A stretch of 64,000 nucleotides of DNA from Cyanobacteria bacterium P01_A01_bin.123 (GCA_039815185.1 JBCBZT010000005.1:160001-224000), one strand, 5' to 3'; counted from the first letter of the stretch, positions 28,918-39,121 are shown. The notes: generated from the sequence alone by a model not told the origin. Numbers and translations are program-made.

Positions 28918-28971
28918 GCGTAAAGTTCTTTGCGTCAAACTATTGACACCGCAAAGAACTTTACGCATAAT
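28918..28971. promoter_or_regulatory. Divergent promoter/operator with perfect 17-bp inverted repeat
   Basis: GCGTAAAGTTCTTTGCG..CGCAAAGAACTTTACGC; TTGACA(28943)-17-CATAAT. Confidence 0.8.
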
Positions 28972-28979
28972 GGACTCAA

Positions 28980-29260
28980 GCGAGGGGTCAGGCAGTCAGC
29001 ACCCGGTACGCAGCCACCCACCAGGGGTTAGGCGATCGGTCACACAGTACGGCCAAGCACCCCTCGCCAACCCAATAGCCCGGTGACCGGGGCACCCAAT
29101 CTCGCTATCGCTATCGAACGGCACCCAGAGGCAACATAGGTGTGCACCCTCCTCTTTTCATCGCCCGGTAAGGCGTAAAACTGCCCAGGGTGCATCAATA
29201 TGCAAAGCAAAACCCCCGGCTGCGAGGCTTTCTCAGGGCATCGCGCAGCACGGGGGTAAC
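28980..29260 (+). ncRNA. Candidate structured leader/ncRNA
   Basis: Three closing stems in an ORF-free region right after the promoter. Confidence 0.35.
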
Positions 29261-29279
29261 TACCTATTAAGGAAGTAAT

Positions 29280-29561
29280 ATGACCACGACATTAACACAG
29301 ACATCCCAAAAGCGCACAATTTCTGAGCGCATTGATACCGACTTCTTGCCGCAATACATCTACGGCACCCATCCGCAAGCGATCGGAGCCAAATACACGC
29401 AGCGGGTCTATGTGGACATCCCGAATGTTAGCCACATTGTTGACCTGCTAATGCCGCGAGACGGCAAGCCGCTAGGACAGCGAATTTCAGAGTGGTGCGT
29501 TTACCACTTTGAAGTTGCACACAGTGACTGGTGGATTGCTGAGCCTGTAGACGAGTTCTAG
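29280..29561 (+). CDS. Hypothetical phage protein
   Basis: ORF with AAGGA RBS. Confidence 0.6.
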   Translation: MTTTLTQTSQKRTISERIDTDFLPQYIYGTHPQAIGAKYTQRVYVDIPNVSHIVDLLMPRDGKPLGQRISEWCVYHFEVAHSDWWIAEPVDEF

Positions 29562-29619
29562 AAACCAAGTACCACCTAGGGGCGGCAACGCCCCTATTGC
29601 CCTCTACCTAAAAACCAAC

Positions 29620-29901
29620 ATGCAAGTCTTATCACAAGCCCCAGCGCTTCCTGGGCCAGCCAAATACAGAATCTTTGAGCGCATTCGATTTAGTGACGGC
29701 ACCAAATCCATAACAGGCATCATCACGGGCCTCGAATACCTTTCGCCTACGGCTGCCAGCGTCGAAGCCTCTGACACTGATGGCTACATGTACGTTGTTC
29801 GCCGTGAGATAGGCGATGGCTTGCAAGCTTGGTGGGTACCTGAGGACGACATCATCTCAAACCACCACAAAAGGGATAGTCATGGGAGAAACAATAGTTA
29901 A
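29620..29901 (+). CDS. Hypothetical phage protein
   Basis: ORF in operon. Confidence 0.6.
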   Translation: MQVLSQAPALPGPAKYRIFERIRFSDGTKSITGIITGLEYLSPTAASVEASDTDGYMYVVRREIGDGLQAWWVPEDDIISNHHKRDSHGRNNS

Positions 29902-30166
29902 TCAGATTCAGGCTGGGAGACGATACGCTGCTGTCGCCTCCCAATTCGGGCTAGAGCCCAACGAGGGCAGCCTAAACGCATTGATTGCGGCTGCGACTGA
30001 GTTCAAGGCTGCAAATGAGGCTACAGGCAGCAAGGAAAAGAGCCAGCAAACACTAAGAAGTAGCGACGAAAGACAGACCTTACAGGCGATCGCAGACGAG
30101 TTTCAGCAACGCTGGGGCCATGTTGTTGAGGAATTGCTAGTGGAGGCATCTGTATGCCAGGACTAG
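29882..30166 (+). CDS. Hypothetical phage protein
   Basis: Overlapping operon ORF. Confidence 0.55.
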   Translation: MGETIVNQIQAGRRYAAVASQFGLEPNEGSLNALIAAATEFKAANEATGSKEKSQQTLRSSDERQTLQAIADEFQQRWGHVVEELLVEASVCQD

Positions 30167-31236
30167 CGCGACTTACCTCCAACCAAATCCAACAGGTCAA
30201 TGCCGCCGTTGACCACTACAACACGCTGGTTTGGTTTATTCGACACACCTTAAGAGATGGACTTGATTATGGGACTATTCCAGGATGCGGGAATAAACCC
30301 ATCCTATTCAAGCCAGGTGCCGAGAAAATTTGCACCCTGTTCGGCTATTGGCAGCAAATCGAAAGGCTAGAAGCTGTCAAGGACTGGACTGGCAACGAGC
30401 ATGGAGAGCCGTTTTTCAGTTTTGAGTACCTCGTGACACTCAAAAGTCGCAGTGGAGACACGGTCGCTCAATGTGTCGGGAGCTGCAATAGCTGGGAAGA
30501 AAAATACCGATTCAGAACAACTCAGCGCACCTGCCCAGAGTGCAATACATCCACCATAATGACCAGCAAGTATGGGGCTGGTGGCTTCTACTGCAACAAA
30601 AAAGCGGGAGGCTGTGGGGCAAAATTTGCCGCAGACGATCGGCGAATCACTGACCAAGCAATGGGCAAGGTGCGCAACGATCGGGTATTCGACCAGATCA
30701 ATACCATTGACAAGATGGCTCAGAAACGCGGATTTGTTGGTGCCGTCATTGTTGCAGCCAACGCCTCTAACTTCTTCAGTGTTGAGCATTCAGAGATTGA
30801 ATCTCTAGACCCTGATTGGGAGCCAGTCGAAAGCATCCAAAACGCCCAGCCCATGAGCAGGGCCGACGACATTGAAGTGACTCCCGACAGTCCTGACTTA
30901 GGGGCGATCAACCGCGATCGCATTCGGGAGATTACCTCAGTCACAGGCCATACCCGAGAGCAAATTCGAGCGCTATCCGGGGTTGAGTCGTCAGAGCGAC
31001 TAAGTCAAGAAGAGTGCACAACGCTGATTGAAAGACTGCTGCTTGATTACGCCAGCACTCGAAACGTTGGGCCTGCTCTGGCCGCAGACTTAATCGTCGC
31101 CATCAAGAAGCAACAGCCCAACGTGACTGACGCTCATCTACGCGATCGATTCCTAGTCAGGCTGGATGAGATCAAGGCTGAGCTGCCTGCGACGAGACCA
31201 GTAGCGGAAACATACGCAGGGGTAAGCATCGAATAA
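30154..31236 (+). CDS. Putative phage ssDNA-annealing/recombination protein with Zn ribbon
   Basis: DYGTIPG..KPILFKPGAEK, GSCNSWE, CPEC..C..GCG, NTIDKMAQKR. Confidence 0.55.
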   Translation: MPGLARLTSNQIQQVNAAVDHYNTLVWFIRHTLRDGLDYGTIPGCGNKPILFKPGAEKICTLFGYWQQIERLEAVKDWTGNEHGEPFFSFEYLVTLKSRSGDTVAQCVGSCNSWEEKYRFRTTQRTCPECNTSTIMTSKYGAGGFYCNKKAGGCGAKFAADDRRITDQAMGKVRNDRVFDQINTIDKMAQKRGFVGAVIVAANASNFFSVEHSEIESLDPDWEPVESIQNAQPMSRADDIEVTPDSPDLGAINRDRIREITSVTGHTREQIRALSGVESSERLSQEECTTLIERLLLDYASTRNVGPALAADLIVAIKKQQPNVTDAHLRDRFLVRLDEIKAELPATRPVAETYAGVSIE

Positions 31237-31552
31237 AGAACGAGCGCGATCGCCAGCAGGCTGCCGCTGGCGATCGATGTGGAGCACCGCTTAACCTAAG
31301 CCAAATTGCCTATGTAGTGAGATGGAATTGCAGTAATACTCTTTACATGCCCAAGGATTTTATAAACCCTTGGCTAAATGGCTTGTGTTTTCACTCAAGC
31401 TTGACGTAATGGGTGACTCAGATCACCAAGTGAATCCTGCGGCGCAGGGACACTCAGGTACAGTCTCAAAAGCATCATAGATCCGCATCTCTGCAAACCA
31501 TAGGAACCTTAATCTATCAAGATTCCTGCTCGTCACACTTCCGTTTCCGTCT

Positions 31553-31831
31553 ATGGCCACTCCACTACACCTGCAAGTCGGCACTACAGCAATACCACTC
31601 TCGATAGAGCACGATCAAAACACACTAATCGTTCAATGCAGCCAGAAGCAGCAGGGGGAAACAGCCCTACTGAGGACGGCAGAACTAGCTTCTCTTGCTT
31701 TGCAAATGGGATGCAGCATGATCGGTATCAAGATCGGAGCACGTCTGACATACTCAATCCCATGTGGACATATCCAAGAGGTTGAGAAACTGATTATGCC
31801 GGAAAGCCTTGGTGCTATTGAGCCTCAATAG
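31553..31831 (+). CDS. Hypothetical protein
   Basis: ORF only. Confidence 0.4.
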   Translation: MATPLHLQVGTTAIPLSIEHDQNTLIVQCSQKQQGETALLRTAELASLALQMGCSMIGIKIGARLTYSIPCGHIQEVEKLIMPESLGAIEPQ

Positions 31832-32549
31832 TCTTTCCGTTGTCTTCCCGCTGCGGTGCAGGCTTTTTGGATTCCTGGGCACCCAACGCCCTGGTTAATT
31901 TCTCTACGTCTCCGTACCAAGTCCCGAGGCGGATTATTTCTGCGTAGATCTCCGGCGACCAACTAGACCATCCACCAAGGGCCAGGATGCGATTTAGCCT
32001 ATCCATTGGAATGCCTGATTCATTGGAAATGCCCTCAATCGTCACATCCAAGGCCTCTGCCTGAGCCAAAATTGTTCGAGTGAATAAGGATGCTTGGTCT
32101 TCTGGCTCTACACGAGGGGAAAGCAGTTCCCTGGCCACCCCTAGGAGTTCATCTGGGGAAAATGCCTGATAGCCATTGGGCACAAAATCTCGTGAGTCCC
32201 CCAGGAATGGGACTTCTATGAATGGGGCCATCTGTTCAAGCGTTTCAGATGACGGCAATTTTGATGGCCACTCCTCGATGTAGTCATACCTCGTGATATC
32301 TGACAAAGCCATTACCCCTTTCAGTGTCCCGTGGTGCAATCCAGTGCGACGCATAAATTCGCTCTGGTTGCTTCTGTAGTGCATTTGAAACGAGCGCTTA
32401 ACAAGTCGTCCGACCCTGGCCAAACCTTTTTTAGTCCAAAGCATTGAAAATTCGAGGTAAATTCCCCGATATCTTAACTCGCACCAAGAATCGAGGCACG
32501 GATTCTTCAAAATCACTTGCCGCTTTTTGGAGATTGGATCTATGATCAC
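31815..32549 (-). CDS. Putative CI-like repressor
   Basis: Two HTH-like segments (NQSEFMRRTGL; IEGISNESGIPMDRLNRI); divergent from early operon; true start may be downstream. Confidence 0.5.
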   Translation of the reverse strand: MIIDPISKKRQVILKNPCLDSWCELRYRGIYLEFSMLWTKKGLARVGRLVKRSFQMHYRSNQSEFMRRTGLHHGTLKGVMALSDITRYDYIEEWPSKLPSSETLEQMAPFIEVPFLGDSRDFVPNGYQAFSPDELLGVARELLSPRVEPEDQASLFTRTILAQAEALDVTIEGISNESGIPMDRLNRILALGGWSSWSPEIYAEIIRLGTWYGDVEKLTRALGAQESKKPAPQREDNGKTIEAQ

Positions 32550-32588
32550 GGTGCGAGATGCATTAGTACATACGTTAAGGAGTTTGAG

Positions 32589-32792
32589 ATGAGCTTACTT
32601 ACGAACCAGCTAAAGCCCAAGGTCATAGCTGAATTCATAAAGGGCAGAACACCTATAGAGCTGTTTCACAGCAAAGAGTTTTGCTTGGCCAGAAGGACTT
32701 TTTACAAGTGGTTCTACGAGTGGAGAGATCAGCAAGAGGCGGAGCTAGAAGCTTCCCCAAACGAAAGCGGCCCCACACAGGAAGCCGCTTAG
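32589..32792 (+). CDS. Cro-like small HTH protein
   Basis: LARRTFYKW; first gene of rightward operon. Confidence 0.5.
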   Translation: MSLLTNQLKPKVIAEFIKGRTPIELFHSKEFCLARRTFYKWFYEWRDQQEAELEASPNESGPTQEAA

Positions 32793-32823
32793 CCATTCAT
32801 TACCTACCAAGGAGGTAGTTGAA

Positions 32824-33039
32824 ATGACGATAGCAAACGAATTGAAAGTCGGGCCATTGGTTATGGCCCGCATAAGAGTCAAGCATCGAGAGATCACAAC
32901 CGTAATCGCTGCGTCCAAATTCGTGCAGGATTGCCATCGAGAAACCGCTCAATGCCGTGCGGACAGATGGGAAGGGACACTGCTTCAGGTGTTTGCTCAG
33001 ACTCCGTCGAGCATTACTGGCGAGGAGGGTGCAGCATGA
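32824..33039 (+). CDS. Hypothetical phage protein
   Basis: AGGAGG RBS; ATGA overlap. Confidence 0.6.
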   Translation: MTIANELKVGPLVMARIRVKHREITTVIAASKFVQDCHRETAQCRADRWEGTLLQVFAQTPSSITGEEGAA

Positions 33040-33506
33040 CTCTCGCCAAAGACCTCAAAATGTGGGACGAGATTCTCACATTCCATAACGCCAGGCTAAA
33101 GCGGTGTCGAATCACTACTGTGCCGACAACTGAAGGCGATCGCACTTCTTTCAAAATAGCCCCGAAAAGCAATCGCAATAAGGCAGATGTAGTTCCAGTC
33201 ACCTATACAGCCACCGCCGAGGTGCATGTCTTTGGCCAGGATGAGCTAACGCAAGCCGAGTCTGGATTCCAGGTCGCCATGAATGCAGTGCTAATTACCT
33301 TGCAGACCAACCGCAAGGCAACAGCCATCACCGAACTACTGAAGCTCATGCGGCCCCGGTACGGTGAATTTGCCCGCTCAGTGATCGTAAGGGCCTGCAA
33401 GCAGCTCGTTGAGGATGGGTTGCTGGAATTCTCCGCCAGAAAGAGAAATGGGCGTGCGATCCATTTCTACCGGGCCATAGCTGAGCAAGAGGAGGGTGCG
33501 GCGTGA
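33036..33506 (+). CDS. Hypothetical protein with C-terminal wHTH-like region
   Basis: Coupled ORF. Confidence 0.6.
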   Translation: MTLAKDLKMWDEILTFHNARLKRCRITTVPTTEGDRTSFKIAPKSNRNKADVVPVTYTATAEVHVFGQDELTQAESGFQVAMNAVLITLQTNRKATAITELLKLMRPRYGEFARSVIVRACKQLVEDGLLEFSARKRNGRAIHFYRAIAEQEEGAA

Positions 33507-34237
33507 TAAAACACCTCGATCTGTTCTCAGGGATTGGCGGTTTTACCCTTGCAGCCCAGATGGTGGGGGGAATCAAAACCACTCAGTTCGTAGAGATTGA
33601 CCCATTTTGCCAGAAAGTTCTAGAGATTCGATTCCCATCTGTCCAAATCCATGACGACATCCAGACCTTCAACGCAGCAGCGGGAGAGTTTGACCTTATC
33701 ACCGGTGGTTTTCCCTGTCAGGACATCAGCGCCGCAAACAGCAAAGGCAGGGGACTTGAAGGCGATCGCAGTGGACTCTTCTTTGAAATCGTTCGACTGG
33801 TTCGCCAAATTAGACCCCGATACCTCGTACTGGAGAACACATCAGCCCTGCTTACCCATCGAGGGGGCAGGGATATGGGAGCAGTTCTCTGGGAGCTTTC
33901 CCAGATCGGGCTTGATGCGGAGTGGAGCGTTGTTTCGTGCTGTGCCTTGGGTGCGCCACACACACGGGAAAGGGTGTTCATTGTGGCCTACCCCGACGGC
34001 AAGCATGGCGCGGGCCGGATGGCCGTTTCGAGAGCACACAGCCAACACCTACAACAAGGCCACTCGCACCAGGGCACTAGCTGTTGGCAAGGGGCCATAC
34101 CCAGCCCTCCAGGAGTGGCTAATGGGCTTCCCGATCGGGTGGACAGACTTAGAAGCCTCGGAAATTCAGTGTCCCCTCAGGCTGCCGCAGTAGCGCTAGG
34201 ACGGGTCAAAGCCTTGAGCGAAAGAGGTGCAGCATGA
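33503..34237 (+). CDS. dcm: DNA cytosine-5 methyltransferase (alpha subunit)
   Basis: DLFSGIGG, GGFPCQD, LENT, RERVF, LGNSV. Confidence 0.92.
   Translation: MIKHLDLFSGIGGFTLAAQMVGGIKTTQFVEIDPFCQKVLEIRFPSVQIHDDIQTFNAAAGEFDLITGGFPCQDISAANSKGRGLEGDRSGLFFEIVRLVRQIRPRYLVLENTSALLTHRGGRDMGAVLWELSQIGLDAEWSVVSCCALGAPHTRERVFIVAYPDGKHGAGRMAVSRAHSQHLQQGHSHQGTSCWQGAIPSPPGVANGLPDRVDRLRSLGNSVSPQAAAVALGRVKALSERGAA
33651..34193 (+). CDS. Overlapping out-of-frame ORF; putative MTase beta subunit carrying motif IX
   Basis: LWPTPTA..EWLMGFPIGWTDL, nested inside dcm. Confidence 0.6.
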   Translation: MTTSRPSTQQRESLTLSPVVFPVRTSAPQTAKAGDLKAIAVDSSLKSFDWFAKLDPDTSYWRTHQPCLPIEGAGIWEQFSGSFPRSGLMRSGALFRAVPWVRHTHGKGCSLWPTPTASMARAGWPFREHTANTYNKATRTRALAVGKGPYPALQEWLMGFPIGWTDLEASEIQCPLRLPQ

Positions 34238-34581
34238 CTTACCTCGAACTCCTAAAGCGCTGGGAAAAGCTGGAACCAGGACTCGTTGTCAGTGGCGATC
34301 GCGGCTCCATCTGGTTCCACTGGCCGGAACTGACTCCAGTCTGGTTCAAGACCGAGAACGAGCCATATCCCCTATCCCTGGCCATCCTGAGTCACTACAT
34401 CCTCACCCATGCCAGGGAAGGAAAACTCGACTTGGCGCTAACTATCAACAGCATGAATCAGGGATGCATCGCCGCGATCGTACAGGACACCAAGGCGTCA
34501 GCGGGTGAAGACGCTGACCACACGCTAGCGCTGATGGAGGCGTGGGTGAACCACCTAGAACGCATCGCTAATCAAAGTTAA
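34234..34581 (+). CDS. Hypothetical phage protein
   Basis: ATGA-coupled ORF. Confidence 0.65.
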   Translation: MTYLELLKRWEKLEPGLVVSGDRGSIWFHWPELTPVWFKTENEPYPLSLAILSHYILTHAREGKLDLALTINSMNQGCIAAIVQDTKASAGEDADHTLALMEAWVNHLERIANQS

Positions 34582-34651
34582 TCCGAGCTTTGCCCCGGAC
34601 TCCACACCTTACTCACGGTCGGGGCTTTTCTATTCATTGTTGAGGTTTCGT

Positions 34652-37600
34652 ATGCCTGTTACTACACCTTGCCCATCCCACATCAAGCCAGAGCATTGGA
34701 AAGAGTGGGTTGATGAGAGTGGCGTCTCGCCCCACCTAACGACGCTCAACCTAGGCTACTACGAAGGCCAAGAAGTCATTGAAGCGCTGGCAGGGAATTT
34801 GCTGGAGTCTATGAGCAGTCATGCTCAGCAATACGCCACCCGCAGTGTTCAAAACGTTCTTAGGCGCTACGAAGGCCCAGCGCGAGGGGGATGGGGCGTA
34901 TTTAGCTTAGCCCCCGAGAGCAATTGGGAGAGGGATGGGCATTTTCGCTTCAAGCCCGATCATCCCTACTACGACCAAAACAGACAGCGCCCTGTCAAAT
35001 ACGAGGGCGTTGCCAAAGCCGAGGCACGGCCAGTTTTTTTGAGAACCAGCCTTGCTGAATCACTTTTGACCGCACAACGCATAAAGGAGACTCATGAAAC
35101 AGCATACGTCCTGCTCAGGGAAAGGTTTCTCAAGGATTTCTTTAAGGCGAGGCCAGAGACAAAAACGCAGGAAGAGCAGCCTAAAAGTGCACAACAGTCC
35201 GCTCCTGGAGGTGATAGCGATCGACAGATACAGGGCTGTGATCTCGCATTTGCCCTTGCCAGAGGTCGATTATCGGAAGTTTGTAAAAAGCTAAAAACGC
35301 TACCTCCCATCGAAGATCCGCATTATTGGCCCTGGGTAGAACGCCACAACCTACCCATTGCCATTACTGAGGGGGAAAAGAAGGCGGGATTTTTGCTCAG
35401 TCAGGGTATTAGCGCGATCGCGCTCCCCGGTGTCCACAACGCCATCCGTACTCGTGATGCGGATGGGTGCAAACTATTCGAGCCTTATCTGGTGCCAGAC
35501 CTCAAGCGGTTTGCCACCAAAGATCGAGAAATTACGGTGTGTTTTGACCACGAAACCAGAGTCAAGCAACGCCGTGCGCTTGACTCTGAGATCGAGAAAA
35601 TCAAACAGCACTTTGGCTATGAGAAGGCCAAGACCCGAGTCCTAGAGCTACCAGGGCCAGAAAAGGGCGTTGATGATTTTGGGGTTGCCCATGGTGCAGA
35701 TGCCTTTGTGGAGCTATACGACGCTGCCCCTAACTTTGAATTGTGGACGGTGCAGCGTTACAGCCGCCTCAGTTATCCTGTCGCCCAAAGTCTTAACCAG
35801 CGATACTTAGGCGACCTCAACATCCCAAAAACAGCCAATCTGATAGCCCTTAAGTCGCCCAAAGGCACTGGTAAAACCGAGAGCTTTAAACACCTTGTCG
35901 AGCAAGCCACCGACCAAGGCCAACGAACCTTACTCATTACTCACCGGGTGCAGTTGGGGCAGGCGATCTGCGATCGCGTTGCGCTGCCGTATGTTACTGA
36001 GTTGAGGACTACGGCTGAAGGTGATCTACTTGGCTATGGTGTTTGCGTCGATTCATTGCACCCAAACTCCCAAGCTCACTTCAATGCCGAAGACTGGAAA
36101 GACGCGCTTATCATCATTGACGAATGCGAACAGGTGATTTGGCACCTGCTTGAAGGCCGCACAGAGATCAGGCAGCACCGCCTAGAAGTGCTCAATCAGC
36201 TTCAGGTGTTGTTCGACGGGGTACTCAACTCAGATCGAGGACGCATCGTCCTCAGTGATGCCGACCTATCCGATCAGTCCATTCGATTTATTGGAGACTT
36301 GGTCGATCGGCAGACCGAAGTTCAGCCTTACGTCGTAGTCAATAGCTGGCAACCGAGTGAGCCTTGGCAGGTTTACAACTATACCCAGAGCAAGCCCGAA
36401 CAGTGGGGGGCAGCAATGCTCAGAGCGCTTGACGAGGGGCAGCGGATTATGATCTGCACCCAGTCTCAAAAGACCAAGTCTCGCTGGAGCACTACTACAC
36501 TTGAAGCCCTCATTGCAAAGCGGTACCCAGACCGAAAGGTACTGCGCATTGACAGTCAGAGCGTCTCAGATCCCCAGCACCCTGCTTACCTTTGCACTGC
36601 CCACCTCAATGAAATCTTGCCTAACTATGACGTGGTGATTTGTTCACCCACCATTGAGACTGGGGTGAGTATTGATATCCGGGGCCACTTCCATAGCCTA
36701 TGGGCTTGCGGTCAGGGGGTATTGAGCGAAAACAGCACTCGTCAATTCCTGGCGCGACTACGAGATCCTGTACCCCGACACATTTGGTGTCAATCCTTTG
36801 GTGTCGGTCGGATTGCGAACGGAGCTACCTCTATCAAGGGGCTATTGGCGTGTCAGTACAAGTTAGCCAAGCAAAACGCCAACCTACTGCGCTATGCGGC
36901 TTTTGGCGAAGACATGCTGAAAAGCTTTAGCGGCACTCTGTACATTTGGGCCGTGATGGGTTGCCGGATCAACTCCGGCGCTATCCACTACAGACAGGCT
37001 GTGATGGCGGCACTACGGCGGGAAGGTCACCATATCCACACTGTTGAAGTGGTGGGATGCAGCATAACCAAGGCACTGCGCATGCCGACGGCAGATGGCG
37101 ATCATCAGTACCTTGATACTGAGCTTGAGGTGCTAGATCTCAAAGAAGAGCTAGACGAGATCAAGACTGTCAACCACAAAGCTGAATGCGAAGCAATTGC
37201 AGGCGCGGAAGAGATTACGCCCAAGCAGTATGAGCGGCTCAAAGCCCAGAAGGCCAAGACCCAGCAACAGTGGCACACTCAGCGCAAGCATGAAGTAGGC
37301 GATCGCTACCAAGTCGAAGTTACGCCCGATTTAGTCTCCAAAGACAGCGACGGATGGTATCCCAAGCTTAAACTGTTCTACTACCTTACGATTGGCCGTC
37401 CGTATCTTAAGCAACGAGACCAAGGCAACTTTGAATCCGAAGTTAAAAGTGGTGGGGCATGGCTCCCTACCCTCAACGGTTCTCAAATGGGCCTCAAAGT
37501 TCATCTGCTCAGACATTTAGGTGTTCAGCAGCTTCGCAGCCCAGAACTGCTCTTGCACGGTGGCAACCGCGCTAGCGACGGAGAGATTGAAGCAGGTTCT

Positions 37601-37936
37601 AGACAGCACTACGACAATTGCCACCCCTTACTCTGGAAAATCACCCAAAAAGCGCGGCGATACGCATGGGAGGTGAAGGCCATTTTGGGTGTCACCATCT
37701 CAGAGAAGATGTCGCCCATCCAAATCGTTCAGTCATTACTGCGAAAACTCGATCTAAAGCTGGAGTTTGTTCATCAAGAAGGTGGCCGAGGCGATCGGCA
37801 GCGCTACTACTGCTATTCAGAGCCAAAGGACGGCAGAGATCCCATACTGGCTCGCTGGGCAATGGCAGACTCGGCTCGCGCCGACGCCGTGCACACCCCT
37901 GGTAATAAAGATCTATACAGCCAGGAGGCCGCATGA
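34652..37936 (+). CDS. CyRepA1-like replication protein (DUF3854 Toprim-like + SF2 origin-binding helicase)
   Basis: ITEGEKKA, CFD, KGVDD; SPKGTGKT, IIDECEQ, SPTIETGVSID, RLRD. Confidence 0.88.
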   Translation: MPVTTPCPSHIKPEHWKEWVDESGVSPHLTTLNLGYYEGQEVIEALAGNLLESMSSHAQQYATRSVQNVLRRYEGPARGGWGVFSLAPESNWERDGHFRFKPDHPYYDQNRQRPVKYEGVAKAEARPVFLRTSLAESLLTAQRIKETHETAYVLLRERFLKDFFKARPETKTQEEQPKSAQQSAPGGDSDRQIQGCDLAFALARGRLSEVCKKLKTLPPIEDPHYWPWVERHNLPIAITEGEKKAGFLLSQGISAIALPGVHNAIRTRDADGCKLFEPYLVPDLKRFATKDREITVCFDHETRVKQRRALDSEIEKIKQHFGYEKAKTRVLELPGPEKGVDDFGVAHGADAFVELYDAAPNFELWTVQRYSRLSYPVAQSLNQRYLGDLNIPKTANLIALKSPKGTGKTESFKHLVEQATDQGQRTLLITHRVQLGQAICDRVALPYVTELRTTAEGDLLGYGVCVDSLHPNSQAHFNAEDWKDALIIIDECEQVIWHLLEGRTEIRQHRLEVLNQLQVLFDGVLNSDRGRIVLSDADLSDQSIRFIGDLVDRQTEVQPYVVVNSWQPSEPWQVYNYTQSKPEQWGAAMLRALDEGQRIMICTQSQKTKSRWSTTTLEALIAKRYPDRKVLRIDSQSVSDPQHPAYLCTAHLNEILPNYDVVICSPTIETGVSIDIRGHFHSLWACGQGVLSENSTRQFLARLRDPVPRHIWCQSFGVGRIANGATSIKGLLACQYKLAKQNANLLRYAAFGEDMLKSFSGTLYIWAVMGCRINSGAIHYRQAVMAALRREGHHIHTVEVVGCSITKALRMPTADGDHQYLDTELEVLDLKEELDEIKTVNHKAECEAIAGAEEITPKQYERLKAQKAKTQQQWHTQRKHEVGDRYQVEVTPDLVSKDSDGWYPKLKLFYYLTIGRPYLKQRDQGNFESEVKSGGAWLPTLNGSQMGLKVHLLRHLGVQQLRSPELLLHGGNRASDGEIEAGSRQHYDNCHPLLWKITQKARRYAWEVKAILGVTISEKMSPIQIVQSLLRKLDLKLEFVHQEGGRGDRQRYYCYSEPKDGRDPILARWAMADSARADAVHTPGNKDLYSQEAA

Positions 37937-38316
37937 CAGATCTCCCCACCTGGCTAAAACCCGGCGTCCTTGCTGTATCCGGATCGGCCATATTCGCCGT
38001 ATCCAAGGTACGCAAAACAAAGCCGCCCCAGACACCTAGCGTTCATTTGGTGGCAGCAAACGACACCGATTACCCCTTGGCGCAATGCAGGATAGCCACC
38101 CTGACCGACCTCTCCAACTGCACTCGCTACATTGGCGAAGACGGAACCTGCTGGCTGCTAAGCCTGCAAGGCAACATCGTCACCCTTGCTCGGGGTGAGC
38201 AGATTTATCGGGTGAAGCTGCCAAGTGAGGGCATGGAGTTTGCTCAATCTGTTGCCAGCTTTGCCAATGCCTTTGACGGTGAAGTCGTGAGCGATTGGGA
38301 GGTGCCCGGTGAATAG
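37933..38316 (+). CDS. Hypothetical phage protein
   Basis: ATGA-coupled ORF. Confidence 0.65.
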   Translation: MTDLPTWLKPGVLAVSGSAIFAVSKVRKTKPPQTPSVHLVAANDTDYPLAQCRIATLTDLSNCTRYIGEDGTCWLLSLQGNIVTLARGEQIYRVKLPSEGMEFAQSVASFANAFDGEVVSDWEVPGE

Positions 38317-39121
38317 CGACCCAACGTCCTACCCCCCCCCGACTACCCAGCAGCCGAAGCCGCCATCAGGCGAGCATTGCGGCCCCTCAGCGTTGCCCAA
38401 CAGCAGCTTCTACTCGCTCAAATTACAAGGGAGGTCAGTCATGGTTGAGCAACTCAGCCTCCTAGATGTACCTCCAGTTGAGCCGCCTAAGCGCGTTCAT
38501 CATTGCCACGCAATTGGCTGTGAAAAAGAGGTTTTGCGGATCCTCCTGATGTGCCGAAAGCACTGGAGAATGGTGCCCAAAGACTTGCGGGATGAGGTTA
38601 ATCGCACCTACAAGTTTGGCCAAGAGGTAGACAAAGTCCCGTCCCCTGAATACATGGCCGCTGCAAAGGCCGCGATCGAAGCAGTTCACCTCGCTGAAAA
38701 CCCACCGCCTAAATCTGTTGTCCCAGAACTTCCCACACCCGAAGCGCCTATATCAGTCCGCTTCTCAGCAGGCGATCGCGTCTCAATCAAGCCCATCACC
38801 TGCCAAGGCCGCACAATCCACCCATGGAAGAGCAAAGCAGGCACCCTCAAAGGCTTAGAAGGCGACACAGCCTTGGTCGATTTCGGTGTTCCCGGCCATC
38901 CCTATCCATGTCGTTCTGATCGCCTCTGTGAGCCTACAGAAGCTATGGAGGTACCCAGTGAACCAGCCCCAATCAAAGTCTTCAGTGAGTGGCGCTGGTG
39001 GGAATCTACGCAGCGCTGGACGTACACCGGACGGATGGGGTTAAGCATCAAACCCAGTCATCCCAATAGCAAAGTTTTTCCCTACGGAGTAGACCCAAAC
39101 GAGGAGATGAGCCAATGCTAG
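38309..39121 (+). CDS. Hypothetical phage protein with Cys/His motif
   Basis: HHCHAIGC..LMCRKHW; real start may be MVEQL. Confidence 0.6.
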   Translation: MNSDPTSYPPPTTQQPKPPSGEHCGPSALPNSSFYSLKLQGRSVMVEQLSLLDVPPVEPPKRVHHCHAIGCEKEVLRILLMCRKHWRMVPKDLRDEVNRTYKFGQEVDKVPSPEYMAAAKAAIEAVHLAENPPPKSVVPELPTPEAPISVRFSAGDRVSIKPITCQGRTIHPWKSKAGTLKGLEGDTALVDFGVPGHPYPCRSDRLCEPTEAMEVPSEPAPIKVFSEWRWWESTQRWTYTGRMGLSIKPSHPNSKVFPYGVDPNEEMSQC

